DNA from: Candidatus Poribacteria bacterium
GTDB lineage: Bacteria; Poribacteria; WGA-4E; UBA9662
Direction of reading: 5' to 3'
Length of the DNA stretch: 64,000 bases
Assembly: GCA_036339735.1 (NCBI GenBank)
Contig: JAYZAL010000036.1
Coordinates: forward strand, 1 to 64,000
Shown: positions 1 through 10,484 of the stretch, in pieces
Layout: the number at the start of each line of letters is the position of its first letter
Position numbering within the stretch: the first letter of the stretch is position 1
Notes under the pieces: model-generated
The model's input: the letters and a program-made list of their open reading frames with translations, nothing else
Told to the model about the DNA's origin: nothing
Databases searched by the model: none
Made by a program: the position numbers and the translations under genes

Positions 1-71
1 AAAAAAAAACAAAGCACTATTTAAGTCTTGCAAAACAAGCAGGCCTATACAATCAGGCTTAGCGCCACCCC

Positions 72-100
72 TTGACCGCCACAACAACACCAGCTAAAAT
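72..100 (+). promoter_or_regulatory. Putative sigma-70 promoter of the RHH gene
   Basis: TTGACC-N17-TAAAAT, about 60 nt upstream of ATG 162. Confidence 0.6.
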
Positions 101-161
101 AATCCCATAACAACCACATTTATCTGGCGCAAGCCCTTAATGAGCCGAGAAGGTGATAGAA

Positions 162-545
162 ATGGCAGAATATAGACAACCTAAAAACACTCTTAAAAAA
201 CAGGTCAGCCTCATGTTGCCCACAGAAATATACGAAGGAGCTAAGCGAGACGCCAAGAAGTACAATAGATCAATGGCCTATCACATCGTAGAAACACTAC
301 GAATAACCTTCTCGGAAGCTATCCAAGAAGTCCAAACAGAACGGGAGCAAGCAGCTAAAATCAATATATTGGAACAATTTAAAGTACAAGCTCAATCCGA
401 AGGACGTAGCCAAAACTGGCTTACGCTCTTAGAGAGTATCTTCTGGAAGTTCGCTGAATCCAAACCGGCAGAAGATCTAGGACCTGATTTCTTGCCTGAT
501 TTATTTACTTTTGTCACTATCATGGAGGAGAGCCATAAAACTTAG
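162..545 (+). CDS. Arc/ribbon-helix-helix-like DNA-binding protein
   Basis: QVSLMLPTEIYEGAKRDAKKYNRSMAYHIVETL fits the Arc/CopG beta-alpha-alpha pattern. ATG 162 follows SD-like AAGGTG (ORF track starts at GTG 153). Confidence 0.6.
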   Translation: MAEYRQPKNTLKKQVSLMLPTEIYEGAKRDAKKYNRSMAYHIVETLRITFSEAIQEVQTEREQAAKINILEQFKVQAQSEGRSQNWLTLLESIFWKFAESKPAEDLGPDFLPDLFTFVTIMEESHKT

Positions 546-735
546 AAAAAACCTATCATTCTAGGAAAGAGGGCTAAGGGAGACTTTTGGCAAAATAAGT
601 TAATTAGTTGAACGGAATACAAAATAATACAGATCAATTTGTACCTATAACCAGTCCTTAAGATATAATTAGTTTGGTGATACTTAGATCATCATGGACG
701 AACTTAAACTTGATTCAGTCAAAGGATGGCATCAA

Positions 736-1134
736 ATGAGTGGTAAGTTTATTACAACAGAGCAAATGGAACGGGATACTCTAGATTGGGGCGTAATGGG
801 TTGGGTTAGTCGCCCATCAACAACTAACACCAAAGACTTAGTTGTTATAGAAGTAACCTTGGAACCTGGTGGTGGACACAATTTCCATAAACACCCAGAA
901 CAAGAAGAGGTTATTTACGTTTTGGAAGGAAAGGTTGAACAATGGTTAGGAGACAAAAAACAAGTATTGAGCCAGGGAGACTCAGTCTTTATCCCTGCTG
1001 ATGCAGTTCATGCATCCTTTAATGTCTTCGATCAAAATGCTAAATTACTCGCTATTCTAGGACCATCGGTAGGTGAGGAAGGGTATCAACTCGTCGAAGT
1101 ATACGATCAAGAGCCATGGAGCAATTTGCGTTAA
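736..1134 (+). CDS. Cupin domain protein
   Basis: HNFHKHPEQEEVIYVLEG and GDSVFIPADAVH cupin motifs. ATG 736 is preceded by AAAGGA (track start 694). Confidence 0.85.
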   Translation: MSGKFITTEQMERDTLDWGVMGWVSRPSTTNTKDLVVIEVTLEPGGGHNFHKHPEQEEVIYVLEGKVEQWLGDKKQVLSQGDSVFIPADAVHASFNVFDQNAKLLAILGPSVGEEGYQLVEVYDQEPWSNLR

Positions 1135-1180
1135 AAAACAAAAACGAAACTAATAAAGGGGTAGCTGTCATAATTCTAAT

Positions 1181-4100
1181 ATGTTGGTAATCAGAATTAC
1201 GTGCTTCTTACTGCTACTAGCTTTAACCCCACCGATAGAAGCGGTTGTGTTATCCCTCCGTCAGTTCGGTACTGAACTAAATAATTTTAGTGCCGAACTG
1301 GACCAGCCGCTGACGATCGACCTACATCTAGATCCCAAAGGAGAAACTGTGGTTGGGGTTTCTGTTTTCATTACCTTTAGCGGTTTAGATCTCCAACTGA
1401 TTGACACAAAAAAAGAAACCGTTCACATCATCGAGGGTGCTGAGTCGACAGATCTACTTACTGGCTGGGTAACCCTTGACAATGATATGCACGGAGACCC
1501 AGGCAACGATATCGAAGATGATCAAATTGACTATGTTGCACTACTATTTAGGGGTGAAGGAAAAGCAATAATTAATCCTAGTATAGTGGCACGATTCAAG
1601 TTCAAACCACTTAGGGCTACCAAAGAGGCTAGCATTCAATTCGACCGAGATGATGGTCGGTCTCGAGTGACTGAAGTCACTTTGCTAACTAAGAATGGGC
1701 AACAAAAGCAAGCCTCTGCTACTCTAAACTCAGCTTCCCTGAGCATTCGAGGTGGACCTATAGTAAAACCTATACCGGAAGTTCGATTTCTGAATACAGA
1801 GACTTCAGCACCACTGTATTTAAACAACTACATTGAGGATGATGGTGAATTCTCCAAACAACAACTCAAGTGGTTAGATGTTCCTCATGCTAAAATCGCT
1901 ACTCAGATTGATCAAATCACTCACAAAGCAATTTTTTCGGTCAAGGGAAATGACAAGAAGAATTTTTTCGGTTCGGCTATTATTGATCTGCAAGTTGCAA
2001 ATAACAAACAATATACGGCTATGGCAGAAGTTCGGATTGAAGTAATGGCAGCTCCTATCATAAAGTTGTTGCCCGATAAACGACTTAAACTTAACCGAGA
2101 AGAGATCTTTGATCTTGGTCAGTTTGTTACAGATATAGATCAGCCTGACTTGAACGGCTTAACCTGGACTTGGTCTTTAACACAAGAATCGGATAATGAC
2201 GCTTCGGTTGAAGTGAGCATAAACAAAAACTTAGTAACTCTGCGGGCAAAAAAAGAAACAGAAAATTCTGTCATACAATTTATAGCTAGAGATAGAGATG
2301 GCAATAAAACAGAAGCAAACATGAAGGTAACGGTTCTCCCTGATATAAACGGGCCAATTGTTTCTGATTTTCCATTATTAGTATTCACTGTGGATGGTAC
2401 GCAGGTCCTACCAGCCCAAGAAATATTCAATTTGGATGATTATGTGATTGATGCTATTTCAGAAGATGAACAGATTAAATGGGAGGTAACAGGGAATCAA
2501 CTAATAGAGGTCCAAGGTTTAAATAGCCGCAGGCCAACATTTCGTGCAAACACCGGAGGTATAAAGGAAGATTTTTTGATAATGGCTGAGAATCATTTAG
2601 GACAAAAATCCAACAAAAAATCGATCCTAGTGGAAGTCGTTCCGGTAGGTGTTCCTCCCCGAATAAACCAAGCAAAATTTCGAGAGGATCTACTCAATGA
2701 AAACAGTGTAGTTACTGTTTTGGTTGATCCGGAAAAAAACTTACCCTTTGAAAAAAGAAGTCGCCAGATAGTACTTAGTAAGTACGTTCAGGATTATAAC
2801 AATCCTCCCGAGGAGATAACGTGGTCAGTTATTGGAAATGATAAAATTCAAGTAGTCATAGAAGAGAGGACTGCTACTTTATCAGCTTCTGTTGTTGCTA
2901 AAGAAAGTATTACATTCAAGGCCACTGATTCTGGCGGTTATACAGACGATGTACAGATAGTAGTAGAATCAGTAAAAGTTACACCACCCACAATCAAGCA
3001 ATTCCCACAGACAATTAAGCTAAAAGCCAACCAATCTTGGTCCGATATAGAATTAGACTTATATATTACCGACACATTCACGCCACCAGAACAGATCAGA
3101 TGGTTTGTCATTACACCAGATCCAAAGCTGCTAATGGCGAAAATCTTAGCTGACCGTCGATTAGAGCTGAAGGTAATTGGCGATTGGGTTGGTGAGACTG
3201 TTATTCTCTTGACAGCTACCAACCAATTTGGAAAAATCGCTAAACAGGAACTCAAAGTAAGAGTAACAGAACCCCCAAGTGTGGAATTACCTGAGAACAT
3301 CTCGTTACAAGCTGGATGGAAACGAAACATTGCGCTAGATAAATATGTCCAAGATGGAGATAGTCCTGATGAAACCTTGAAGTGGGATATGACCCCTACA
3401 TCATCCCCGGTTGCAGAATTGTATTCGAAAAACAGACAATTAAAACTCAAAGCGCCTAAGGATAAGATAGGGCAAACTTTCCCAATTCAATTAACAGTCA
3501 CAGATGAAGAGAATAATAAAACTGTGACCAATATGAGAATTACAGTTTCTAGCTCCTCGGAATCACCATTTTCGTTGGCCACAGACGTTCCAAAAGAAAT
3601 TTCATTTATAAATGATGAATCTAACCGTGTAGATTTGACAGAAAAAATCATTGACTCGATGAATGACCAACCTATGGATGTTGAGTTAATTTCAAGCAAC
3701 CTTACATTCGATTTTGAATTTGAAAACAAGGCTAGTAACTTTAAATTTAAATGGAAGCAAGACAAAGATGCAGCTGGCGAAATATTTATTGATGCAATCG
3801 GCGAAATATTCACATTTTCAACCCCTGAGGTATCGGAAGAGTTTGAAATTCGACCAGCTGAAAATATCACACTAAGTATAAATGGTCCCAATGGGTCATC
3901 ATTTGATTACTCTTTTCAATTGTCAATTTTTCCATCAAAACCAATTTTAAATAAAGAGCAACTGAAAAAGCCAATCGTTATGTACCCGGCCCTCATCAAA
4001 GAAGTTGACTTGGCAAAATATTCACAACAGAAGAAGGGAATTGATTGGAAAATTGAAAACCTTGAAGAGTTGGAACAATCAGGACTGAAAATCTCCACAG

Positions 4101-6070
4101 ACAGCGACCAGCCAGCACTACAGTTATTACAATTTACCCCACCCAAAGACAAAGAACTTAAATCCATTACCCAAATCTTGGTTGAATACGATGATTTTTT
4201 AGAAGATGACATGTGTCCTGATCCAGAAAATTGTTTCGGATTTTATTTAAATCTAAAAGCAAGTAGAAAAGATAAGTTTAGCCAAGATAAATTACCCATT
4301 ATCATCATTAAGCCTCCAGAACTGAAGCTTAACCTAACTGGACCAATTATTTTCCAGTCGGTCTCAAGTACTGATTCAAAACCAGAAGCCAAGACCTTTG
4401 ACCTTCAAGATTTAATCCAGAAAGAATCCGTCTCTGAACATGAGTGGAATTTTGGCACATCATCCTCCTTATCAGCCGACAAAACCAATTGGCTATCCGT
4501 GAAATTAGAAGCGGATGATTTTCTAACCCTAACAGTATACGAACCAAAAAACAAAGAATGGATTAAATCAAATTTAAGAGAAGCAATTCCAATTAAAACA
4601 GGGACTCCATTTTTACGACTGACTCCTTCCGAAAAATTTGCAACTGGCTTTAAAGAAGGAAAATTATTGGTCTCAGCAACTGATATCTGGAACCAAAAAG
4701 TTACTAGAGAAGTAACTATTCAATCAATTCAGCCACCTAGTCTTCAAGGCTTTCCCAAAATTATCAATATCTTTTGTGGGCAAGCCAATTACCAGTCAGA
4801 GCTAGGAACATCGTACCTAGATCTTTACCCACTAGTACTTTTAGACCCATTAGCAAAAACTGACAAAGAAAAACTAGAATGGTCTTGGATGATCTGGGAT
4901 GATAATAAAAAAATATACAGAAAGCCGGAAAAATCAGACAAGCTGAGAATTGATTTTGGTCAATCAAAGGATTCGGTACAGATTACAGAAAAGTTAATGA
5001 CGATTAGTGCAATGGATAACTTTTTTATGGCGAACGAAAAAGCTCCATCCGAAGACAAAAAAGTTCGAATTGTTGTCACAGATTCTAACGAAAATGGGGA
5101 AATAGAGTCAACGACTGATATAACCCTGAGAATCTGGCGGCCCAGAGTGGGCTCAGAACGACCGATACTACAAGGTGTGGAAGATCGAACTATTTACCCT
5201 GGCCAAGAAGTAAGAGTAGATTTCACTTTATTTGATTTGGATAATTCCTCGGAGGAATTAGTTTGGACTCAGTCCGTACCAGAAACCTTGGTCGTAGAAC
5301 TAGAAAGAAAAGCACCATTAGCAGGAGTTCAAAAAGGTACAATTAAAGTAGGTGTAGCAAAAGGGTTTGAGGAAGTTCGTGGAGACTTTACAGTACAGAT
5401 TAAAATTAAGGATCCCGATTGCAATGAGTTAGAAGAGGAAGTGATGATCACAATCATTGATCAACCAGATAGAACTCCACCACAAATAGAAGTATTTGCT
5501 GTTCCGCATCCTTTGTTTCCCCAAGCCATTTTCATTACTATAATTTCTAATGAACCACTGGAAAAAATCCCATCAGTTACTATTGGCCAGCAACTCTTAA
5601 AGCCTGCTAAATCAAGTAGCCCATTAATTTGGAATCAGATCCATTACTTGGAAGATAATCAACAAGGAATAGTTACCGTTCTGGCTAAGGGAGCAGATTT
5701 AAACAAAAATACAGGCCAAGGAAAAACAAGTATTAAACTAGACAATGAGAGATTGGCTGCACCAAATCAAAAGCCGATGCAAACGAAATTACACCCTAAT
5801 TATCCTAACCCATTCAACCCTGAGACTTGGATTCCATACCAATTAGCCAAAGGCAGCAGCGTGTCGATGAAAATTTACGATACGAGTGGAAACCTAATAT
5901 GGGAAATAGACAAAGGGTGGCAAGCAGCCGGATTTTATGTAAAACCGAACAGTGCAGTATATTGGAACGGAAAAACAACCCACGGTGAGAAGGTATCCAG
6001 TGGCGTTTACTTCTGCCACATTTTCACAGACCACAAAACTGAGATCCAACCACTGACTTTACTAAAGTAA
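1181..6070 (+). CDS. Large secreted protein: cohesin-like N-terminus, about 10 tandem Ig/cadherin-like repeats, C-terminal FlgD-Ig/T9SS type A-like sorting domain
   Basis: Signal peptide. Recurring ~95-100 aa units with xDLxxY(V/I)xD...(I/L)xW. C-terminal LHPNYPNPFNPETWIPYQL...WNGK...VSSGVYF. Confidence 0.8.
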   Translation: MLVIRITCFLLLLALTPPIEAVVLSLRQFGTELNNFSAELDQPLTIDLHLDPKGETVVGVSVFITFSGLDLQLIDTKKETVHIIEGAESTDLLTGWVTLDNDMHGDPGNDIEDDQIDYVALLFRGEGKAIINPSIVARFKFKPLRATKEASIQFDRDDGRSRVTEVTLLTKNGQQKQASATLNSASLSIRGGPIVKPIPEVRFLNTETSAPLYLNNYIEDDGEFSKQQLKWLDVPHAKIATQIDQITHKAIFSVKGNDKKNFFGSAIIDLQVANNKQYTAMAEVRIEVMAAPIIKLLPDKRLKLNREEIFDLGQFVTDIDQPDLNGLTWTWSLTQESDNDASVEVSINKNLVTLRAKKETENSVIQFIARDRDGNKTEANMKVTVLPDINGPIVSDFPLLVFTVDGTQVLPAQEIFNLDDYVIDAISEDEQIKWEVTGNQLIEVQGLNSRRPTFRANTGGIKEDFLIMAENHLGQKSNKKSILVEVVPVGVPPRINQAKFREDLLNENSVVTVLVDPEKNLPFEKRSRQIVLSKYVQDYNNPPEEITWSVIGNDKIQVVIEERTATLSASVVAKESITFKATDSGGYTDDVQIVVESVKVTPPTIKQFPQTIKLKANQSWSDIELDLYITDTFTPPEQIRWFVITPDPKLLMAKILADRRLELKVIGDWVGETVILLTATNQFGKIAKQELKVRVTEPPSVELPENISLQAGWKRNIALDKYVQDGDSPDETLKWDMTPTSSPVAELYSKNRQLKLKAPKDKIGQTFPIQLTVTDEENNKTVTNMRITVSSSSESPFSLATDVPKEISFINDESNRVDLTEKIIDSMNDQPMDVELISSNLTFDFEFENKASNFKFKWKQDKDAAGEIFIDAIGEIFTFSTPEVSEEFEIRPAENITLSINGPNGSSFDYSFQLSIFPSKPILNKEQLKKPIVMYPALIKEVDLAKYSQQKKGIDWKIENLEELEQSGLKISTDSDQPALQLLQFTPPKDKELKSITQILVEYDDFLEDDMCPDPENCFGFYLNLKASRKDKFSQDKLPIIIIKPPELKLNLTGPIIFQSVSSTDSKPEAKTFDLQDLIQKESVSEHEWNFGTSSSLSADKTNWLSVKLEADDFLTLTVYEPKNKEWIKSNLREAIPIKTGTPFLRLTPSEKFATGFKEGKLLVSATDIWNQKVTREVTIQSIQPPSLQGFPKIINIFCGQANYQSELGTSYLDLYPLVLLDPLAKTDKEKLEWSWMIWDDNKKIYRKPEKSDKLRIDFGQSKDSVQITEKLMTISAMDNFFMANEKAPSEDKKVRIVVTDSNENGEIESTTDITLRIWRPRVGSERPILQGVEDRTIYPGQEVRVDFTLFDLDNSSEELVWTQSVPETLVVELERKAPLAGVQKGTIKVGVAKGFEEVRGDFTVQIKIKDPDCNELEEEVMITIIDQPDRTPPQIEVFAVPHPLFPQAIFITIISNEPLEKIPSVTIGQQLLKPAKSSSPLIWNQIHYLEDNQQGIVTVLAKGADLNKNTGQGKTSIKLDNERLAAPNQKPMQTKLHPNYPNPFNPETWIPYQLAKGSSVSMKIYDTSGNLIWEIDKGWQAAGFYVKPNSAVYWNGKTTHGEKVSSGVYFCHIFTDHKTEIQPLTLLK

Positions 6071-6158
6071 AATTCGCTCACGATAGTATGAATCGCTGAT
6101 TCCGTTTTTCACATGTAAGTCAGTGGAGTCTGATGGGGAATATCATGATCGATAGACC

Positions 6159-6213
6159 AAAAAAAGAGCCGAACGGACAATCAGAGCAAACAACTCTAAA
6201 GACCGAACGGCCC
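6159..6213 (-). terminator. Putative intrinsic terminator of groEL
   Basis: Minus strand GGGCCG...CGGCTC imperfect long stem followed by T7. Confidence 0.55.
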
Positions 6214-6250
6214 ATCAATAGTTTAGTTTAGTTTCACAAATCAGAGCAAT

Positions 6251-7855
6251 CTACTCATTCTCATCGTCATCTTCATCAGCTTCAGTAATTAAAGCTTCTG
6301 TTGTCAGCAAAAGGCTCGCAACGCTAGCAGCATTCTGGATCGTTGATTTTACAACCTTGGTTGGATCAATTACACCACTATCGACCAGATCCCCGTACTC
6401 CAAGGTCGAAGCGTTGAAACCGAAGTTGCCCTCATGTTCTCTGATTTTGTTAATTACAACTGCTCCTTCTTCACCAGCATTACCAACAATAGCTCGAATA
6501 GGTGCTTCTAAAGATCGTTGGATAATGCCTGCTCCAAAGGCTTGGTCTGGGCTAAGCGACAAGTCACTAATCGAAGCAGAAGCACGAAGCAAAGCGACAC
6601 CACCACCGACCACAATCCCTTCATCAACGGCAGCACGAGTTGCTGATAAGGCATCCTCATAACGGGATTTTTTCTCTTTCATTTCAGTTTCAGTAGACGC
6701 CCCTACACCAATGACAGCTACTCCACCAGCTAATTTCGCTAACCTCTCTTCCAGTTTTTCTCTATCATAATCAGAAGTCGTGTCAGAAATTAGTGTGCGA
6801 ATCTGTCTTACGCGATCACCAATATCTTGTTGAGTACCAGCACCATCAATAATCGTAGTGTTATCCTTATCGATAATCACCCGTTTAGCGGTACCAAGCA
6901 TTCCCAAGACTATATTCTCTAGACGAATACCTGTTTCTTCAGAAATGACTTGCCCATTTGTCAGTATACCAATGTCACCTAACATTTCTTTCCTACGGTC
7001 GCCAAATCCAGGTGCCTTGACAGCTGCTATTTTAAGACCGCCTCGGAGCTTATTAACAACCAACGTTGACAAGGCCTCGCCTTCTACATCTTCAGCTATA
7101 ATTAAGAGTGGCCGTGAAAGTTCGGAAACCTTTTCCAGAATCGGAACTAAATCTTGTACAGCACTAATCTTACCAGTATTGATAAGAATGAAAGGGTCCT
7201 CTAGTTCTACCACTTGGCTTTCAACGTCAGTTACGAAGTGCGGAGACAAAAAGCCTTTGTCAAACTGCATTCCTTCAACGATATCTATAGTAGTAGAAGA
7301 GCTCTTTCCCTCTTCTACGGTAATGACACCATCTTTGCCAATTCTTTCCATCGCATCAGCAATAGTGGTACCAATATCACTATTGTTAGCTGCATCATTG
7401 GCAGAAATCGAGGCGACTTGGACTGTTTGGTCGTAAGTGTCAACACTTTGGCTTTTGTTAGTCAAATGGGAAACGACAGATTCCGTAGCTTTGTCAATGC
7501 CAATTTTCATTTGCATTGCATCAATACCAGCAGTAATGCCTTTTAAGCCCTCATGGATTATTTCTTGAGCCAATAAGGTAGCAGTGGTAGTGCCATCACC
7601 AACAGAATCATTGGTTTTTGTAGCTACGATTTTCAGCAGCTGAGCACCCATGTTTTCATACTTGTCTGGCAATTCAATTTCCTTAGCTACTGTAACTCCA
7701 TCGCTAGTTATGACAGGCCCACCGAATGATTTTTGCAAAACCACATTTCGGCCACGTGGACCGAGCGTAGAGACAACAGCCTTAGCTAAGGTGTCAACGC
7801 CCTTTCTAAGGGCCATTCTAGCTTCTGCGTCGTATATCAGTTGTTTGGCTGGCAT
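6251..7855 (-). CDS. groL: Chaperonin GroEL (Cpn60)
   Basis: [54 protein letters not shown]. Confidence 0.98.
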   Translation of the reverse strand: MPAKQLIYDAEARMALRKGVDTLAKAVVSTLGPRGRNVVLQKSFGGPVITSDGVTVAKEIELPDKYENMGAQLLKIVATKTNDSVGDGTTTATLLAQEIIHEGLKGITAGIDAMQMKIGIDKATESVVSHLTNKSQSVDTYDQTVQVASISANDAANNSDIGTTIADAMERIGKDGVITVEEGKSSSTTIDIVEGMQFDKGFLSPHFVTDVESQVVELEDPFILINTGKISAVQDLVPILEKVSELSRPLLIIAEDVEGEALSTLVVNKLRGGLKIAAVKAPGFGDRRKEMLGDIGILTNGQVISEETGIRLENIVLGMLGTAKRVIIDKDNTTIIDGAGTQQDIGDRVRQIRTLISDTTSDYDREKLEERLAKLAGGVAVIGVGASTETEMKEKKSRYEDALSATRAAVDEGIVVGGGVALLRASASISDLSLSPDQAFGAGIIQRSLEAPIRAIVGNAGEEGAVVINKIREHEGNFGFNASTLEYGDLVDSGVIDPTKVVKSTIQNAASVASLLLTTEALITEADEDDDENE

Positions 7856-8068
7856 TTGCGTTCAGTACTCCTTCCTTTATTAAACAATTCTAATTCTTTG
7901 TATAAGCTCTCATCAACTTTCAGCGCCTACAATTTCGGCCTAAATGTATACACTAGTATAAGAGAAAAAGTCAACCTCAAAGCTGAAAGGTGAGTAGCTA
8001 TTTTTAGGTTCATTTTCAATCACAAATTTTTGATGTCCCGAAAGTTCATTACTTTCATAAGCCTTATC

Positions 8069-8098
8069 TTGCTGTTGGCTAAGTATGTTTGGTAGAAT
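8069..8098 (+). promoter_or_regulatory. Putative extended -10 promoter giving a leaderless trpF mRNA
   Basis: TTGCTG-N18-TAGAAT with TGn. ATG lies 6 nt after the -10 box and there is no SD. Confidence 0.5.
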
Positions 8099-8104
8099 TC
8101 CGAT

Positions 8105-8758
8105 ATGACCCGAATAAAAATATGTGGTATTACCAATTTGGATGATGGATTAGAAGCCATAGCAGCTGGAGTAGACGCACTAGGATTTGTTTTCGTACCA
8201 AATACTCCCAGATACATAACCCCGTCTCAAGCTAAATTAGTTATCAAGCAGTTGCCCCCCTTCATTACAAATGTTGGTTTATTTGTTGATAGTGAAATAG
8301 ATGAAATTAAAGACATCGTTAACCACTGCAAGCTGGATGCGGTTCAATTACATGGGAACGAATCCCCGGAAATGTGCTCTCAAATTAGCCTTCAAACCAA
8401 AGTAATTAAAAGTTTTCACGTTAAAAAAGAACTGCAGGTTCTGAGAAATGAAATTGCGAATTATCGAGTTGATGCCTACCTACTAGATACGTTTATAAAA
8501 GGAAAAGCTGGTGGAACCGGGCAGACTTTTGACTGGCGAATAGCCGAAGGTCTAAGTCAGCGTATAATTTTAGCTGGGGGCCTAACACCCGATAATATTG
8601 GAACAGCAATAGCACAGCTTCAACCTTACGGGGTAGATGTCAGCAGTGGGGTAGAAAAATCCCCGGGTAAAAAAGATACGAACAAAATTTATTCTTTTGT
8701 TCGTCAAGTTCGGAAAGCAAATTTAATAATAGAGAAAAACGCGGAAATTAAACTTTGA
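8105..8758 (+). CDS. trpF: Phosphoribosylanthranilate isomerase
   Basis: KICGITN, VQLHGNE, GGTGQTFDW, LAGGLTPDN, GVDVSSGVE. Confidence 0.96.
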   Translation: MTRIKICGITNLDDGLEAIAAGVDALGFVFVPNTPRYITPSQAKLVIKQLPPFITNVGLFVDSEIDEIKDIVNHCKLDAVQLHGNESPEMCSQISLQTKVIKSFHVKKELQVLRNEIANYRVDAYLLDTFIKGKAGGTGQTFDWRIAEGLSQRIILAGGLTPDNIGTAIAQLQPYGVDVSSGVEKSPGKKDTNKIYSFVRQVRKANLIIEKNAEIKL

Positions 8759-8768
8759 TAAAGCAAGA

Positions 8769-10217
8769 ATGTCGATGATGCTAGAAAAAATAGACGATTA
8801 CCGGTGGCGAATTCCGAAAAAATTTCAGAGAGGTATGAGAGTTGACGGTATTGTTTATGCTAACGAACTACTGTTAAAAGATATTCGAAACGAACAGGCA
8901 TTACAACAAGTGGCAAATGTTGCCCACTTACCAGGAATAGTCAAGTATTCCCTAGCTATGCCTGACTTACATTGGGGATATGGTTTTGTGATAGGTGGAG
9001 TCGCAGCTACTGATCCAAACCGAGAAGGTGTAGTGTCTCCTGGTGGAATTGGTTATGATATTAATTGTGGTGTACGCCTACTGCGCACAAATTTAAATGT
9101 GCGTCAATTAAAAGGGAAAGTAAAAGATTTAGTAGCAAAAATTTTTAACACTATTCCTTGCGGTGTAGGTCGTGGTGGTCTTATACAACTAACAGAACAT
9201 GAGCAAAAATCGGTGATTGAGCAGGGGTCTAAATGGTCTATTGAAAGGGGTTACGGACATGCATCTGATCTCGAATTCATCGAAGCAAACGGACATTTAG
9301 AAAAAGCCAATGCTGAAGCTGTTAGCAGGCGGTGTTTGCAAAGGGGAAAGAATCAACTAGGAACACTAGGCTCTGGAAACCACTTTTTGGAAATTCAAGT
9401 AGTCGATCATGTCTTTCATCGGAAAGCAGCTAAAGTGATGAATTTATGGCCGGGTCAAGTGTGTATCATGATTCATACAGGTTCACGTGGGTTTGGTTAT
9501 CAAATCTGTGAGGATCACGTCAAAAATTGGGTTAATGTAGCAAGTAAATATGGTATTGAGTTGCCCGACAGACAACTTGCGGCTGCGCCTATCAAGTCTC
9601 CAGAGGGGCAGGACTACATCACAGCTATGGCTTGTGGTGCTAATTACGCTTGGAATAACCGTCAGTGCATTACACATTGGACCCGTCAAGTTTTCTTGGA
9701 TTTTTTTGAGGCCTCGGAGGATGAACTTGGATTAGAAATAGTCTACGATGTGTCGCACAATATTGGAAAATTTGAAAAACATCTGGTTAATGGCGAAGAA
9801 AAAGAGTTATTTGTTCACCGCAAAGGTGCTACTCGAGCTTTTCCAGCGTATCACCCAGAAATTCCTAGACACTACATGGAAATTGGTCAGCCAGTCTTAA
9901 TTCCCGGGGACATGGGAACAGCATCATATGTTTTAGTGGGTGGGGCAAAAGCCATGGACCAAACATGGGGAACAACCTGTCACGGAGCAGGTAGACGATG
10001 GTCTCGTAGAAAGGCTATCAAAATGACAAAGGGACAAGCGGTTAGACGAAATCTGGAAGAACAAGGAATCTTTGCCCTTTCTGAGGGTAAAAATACATTA
10101 AGAGAGGAAGTTTCAGATGCCTACAAAGATATAGATCAGGTAGCTGAGGTTGTGGATGGCGCAGGTTTATCCAAGAGAGTGGTACGACTTAGACCAATCG
10201 GTGTAATTAAGGGATAA
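8769..10217 (+). CDS. rtcB: RNA ligase RtcB
   Basis: MPDLHWGYGF, GYDINCGVRL, GTLGSGNHFLE, HRKGATRAF, HGAGR. Confidence 0.96.
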   Translation: MSMMLEKIDDYRWRIPKKFQRGMRVDGIVYANELLLKDIRNEQALQQVANVAHLPGIVKYSLAMPDLHWGYGFVIGGVAATDPNREGVVSPGGIGYDINCGVRLLRTNLNVRQLKGKVKDLVAKIFNTIPCGVGRGGLIQLTEHEQKSVIEQGSKWSIERGYGHASDLEFIEANGHLEKANAEAVSRRCLQRGKNQLGTLGSGNHFLEIQVVDHVFHRKAAKVMNLWPGQVCIMIHTGSRGFGYQICEDHVKNWVNVASKYGIELPDRQLAAAPIKSPEGQDYITAMACGANYAWNNRQCITHWTRQVFLDFFEASEDELGLEIVYDVSHNIGKFEKHLVNGEEKELFVHRKGATRAFPAYHPEIPRHYMEIGQPVLIPGDMGTASYVLVGGAKAMDQTWGTTCHGAGRRWSRRKAIKMTKGQAVRRNLEEQGIFALSEGKNTLREEVSDAYKDIDQVAEVVDGAGLSKRVVRLRPIGVIKG

Positions 10218-10484
10218 TCGTCGCACTAACCACTTTACGCGAAAGAAGTTATAAGAATTTAAAAAAGAGGACGTACTGAACAAAGACGCTTAATCTCAGA
10301 TAGGGAACGAGTACAATAGGCCATCATTTCTGAGAGTTTCAGGTTTAAATCTGATTAATTATGCACAGGTGTGAAAATTTAAATTTACTAGAGATGTTGT
10401 TTTCGATTCTCGGAGCAATTTTTCGCCCCAAAAATTTTGGATATTATCAAAAAAGCAGGATAAAAAATATGTCCCATTCATTAG

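Noticed and set aside
7856-8104. CIRCE operator, sigma-54 site or groES upstream of groEL
   Set aside because: No TTAGCACTC-N9-GAGTGCTAA, no -24/-12 match, and the gap is too short for groES.
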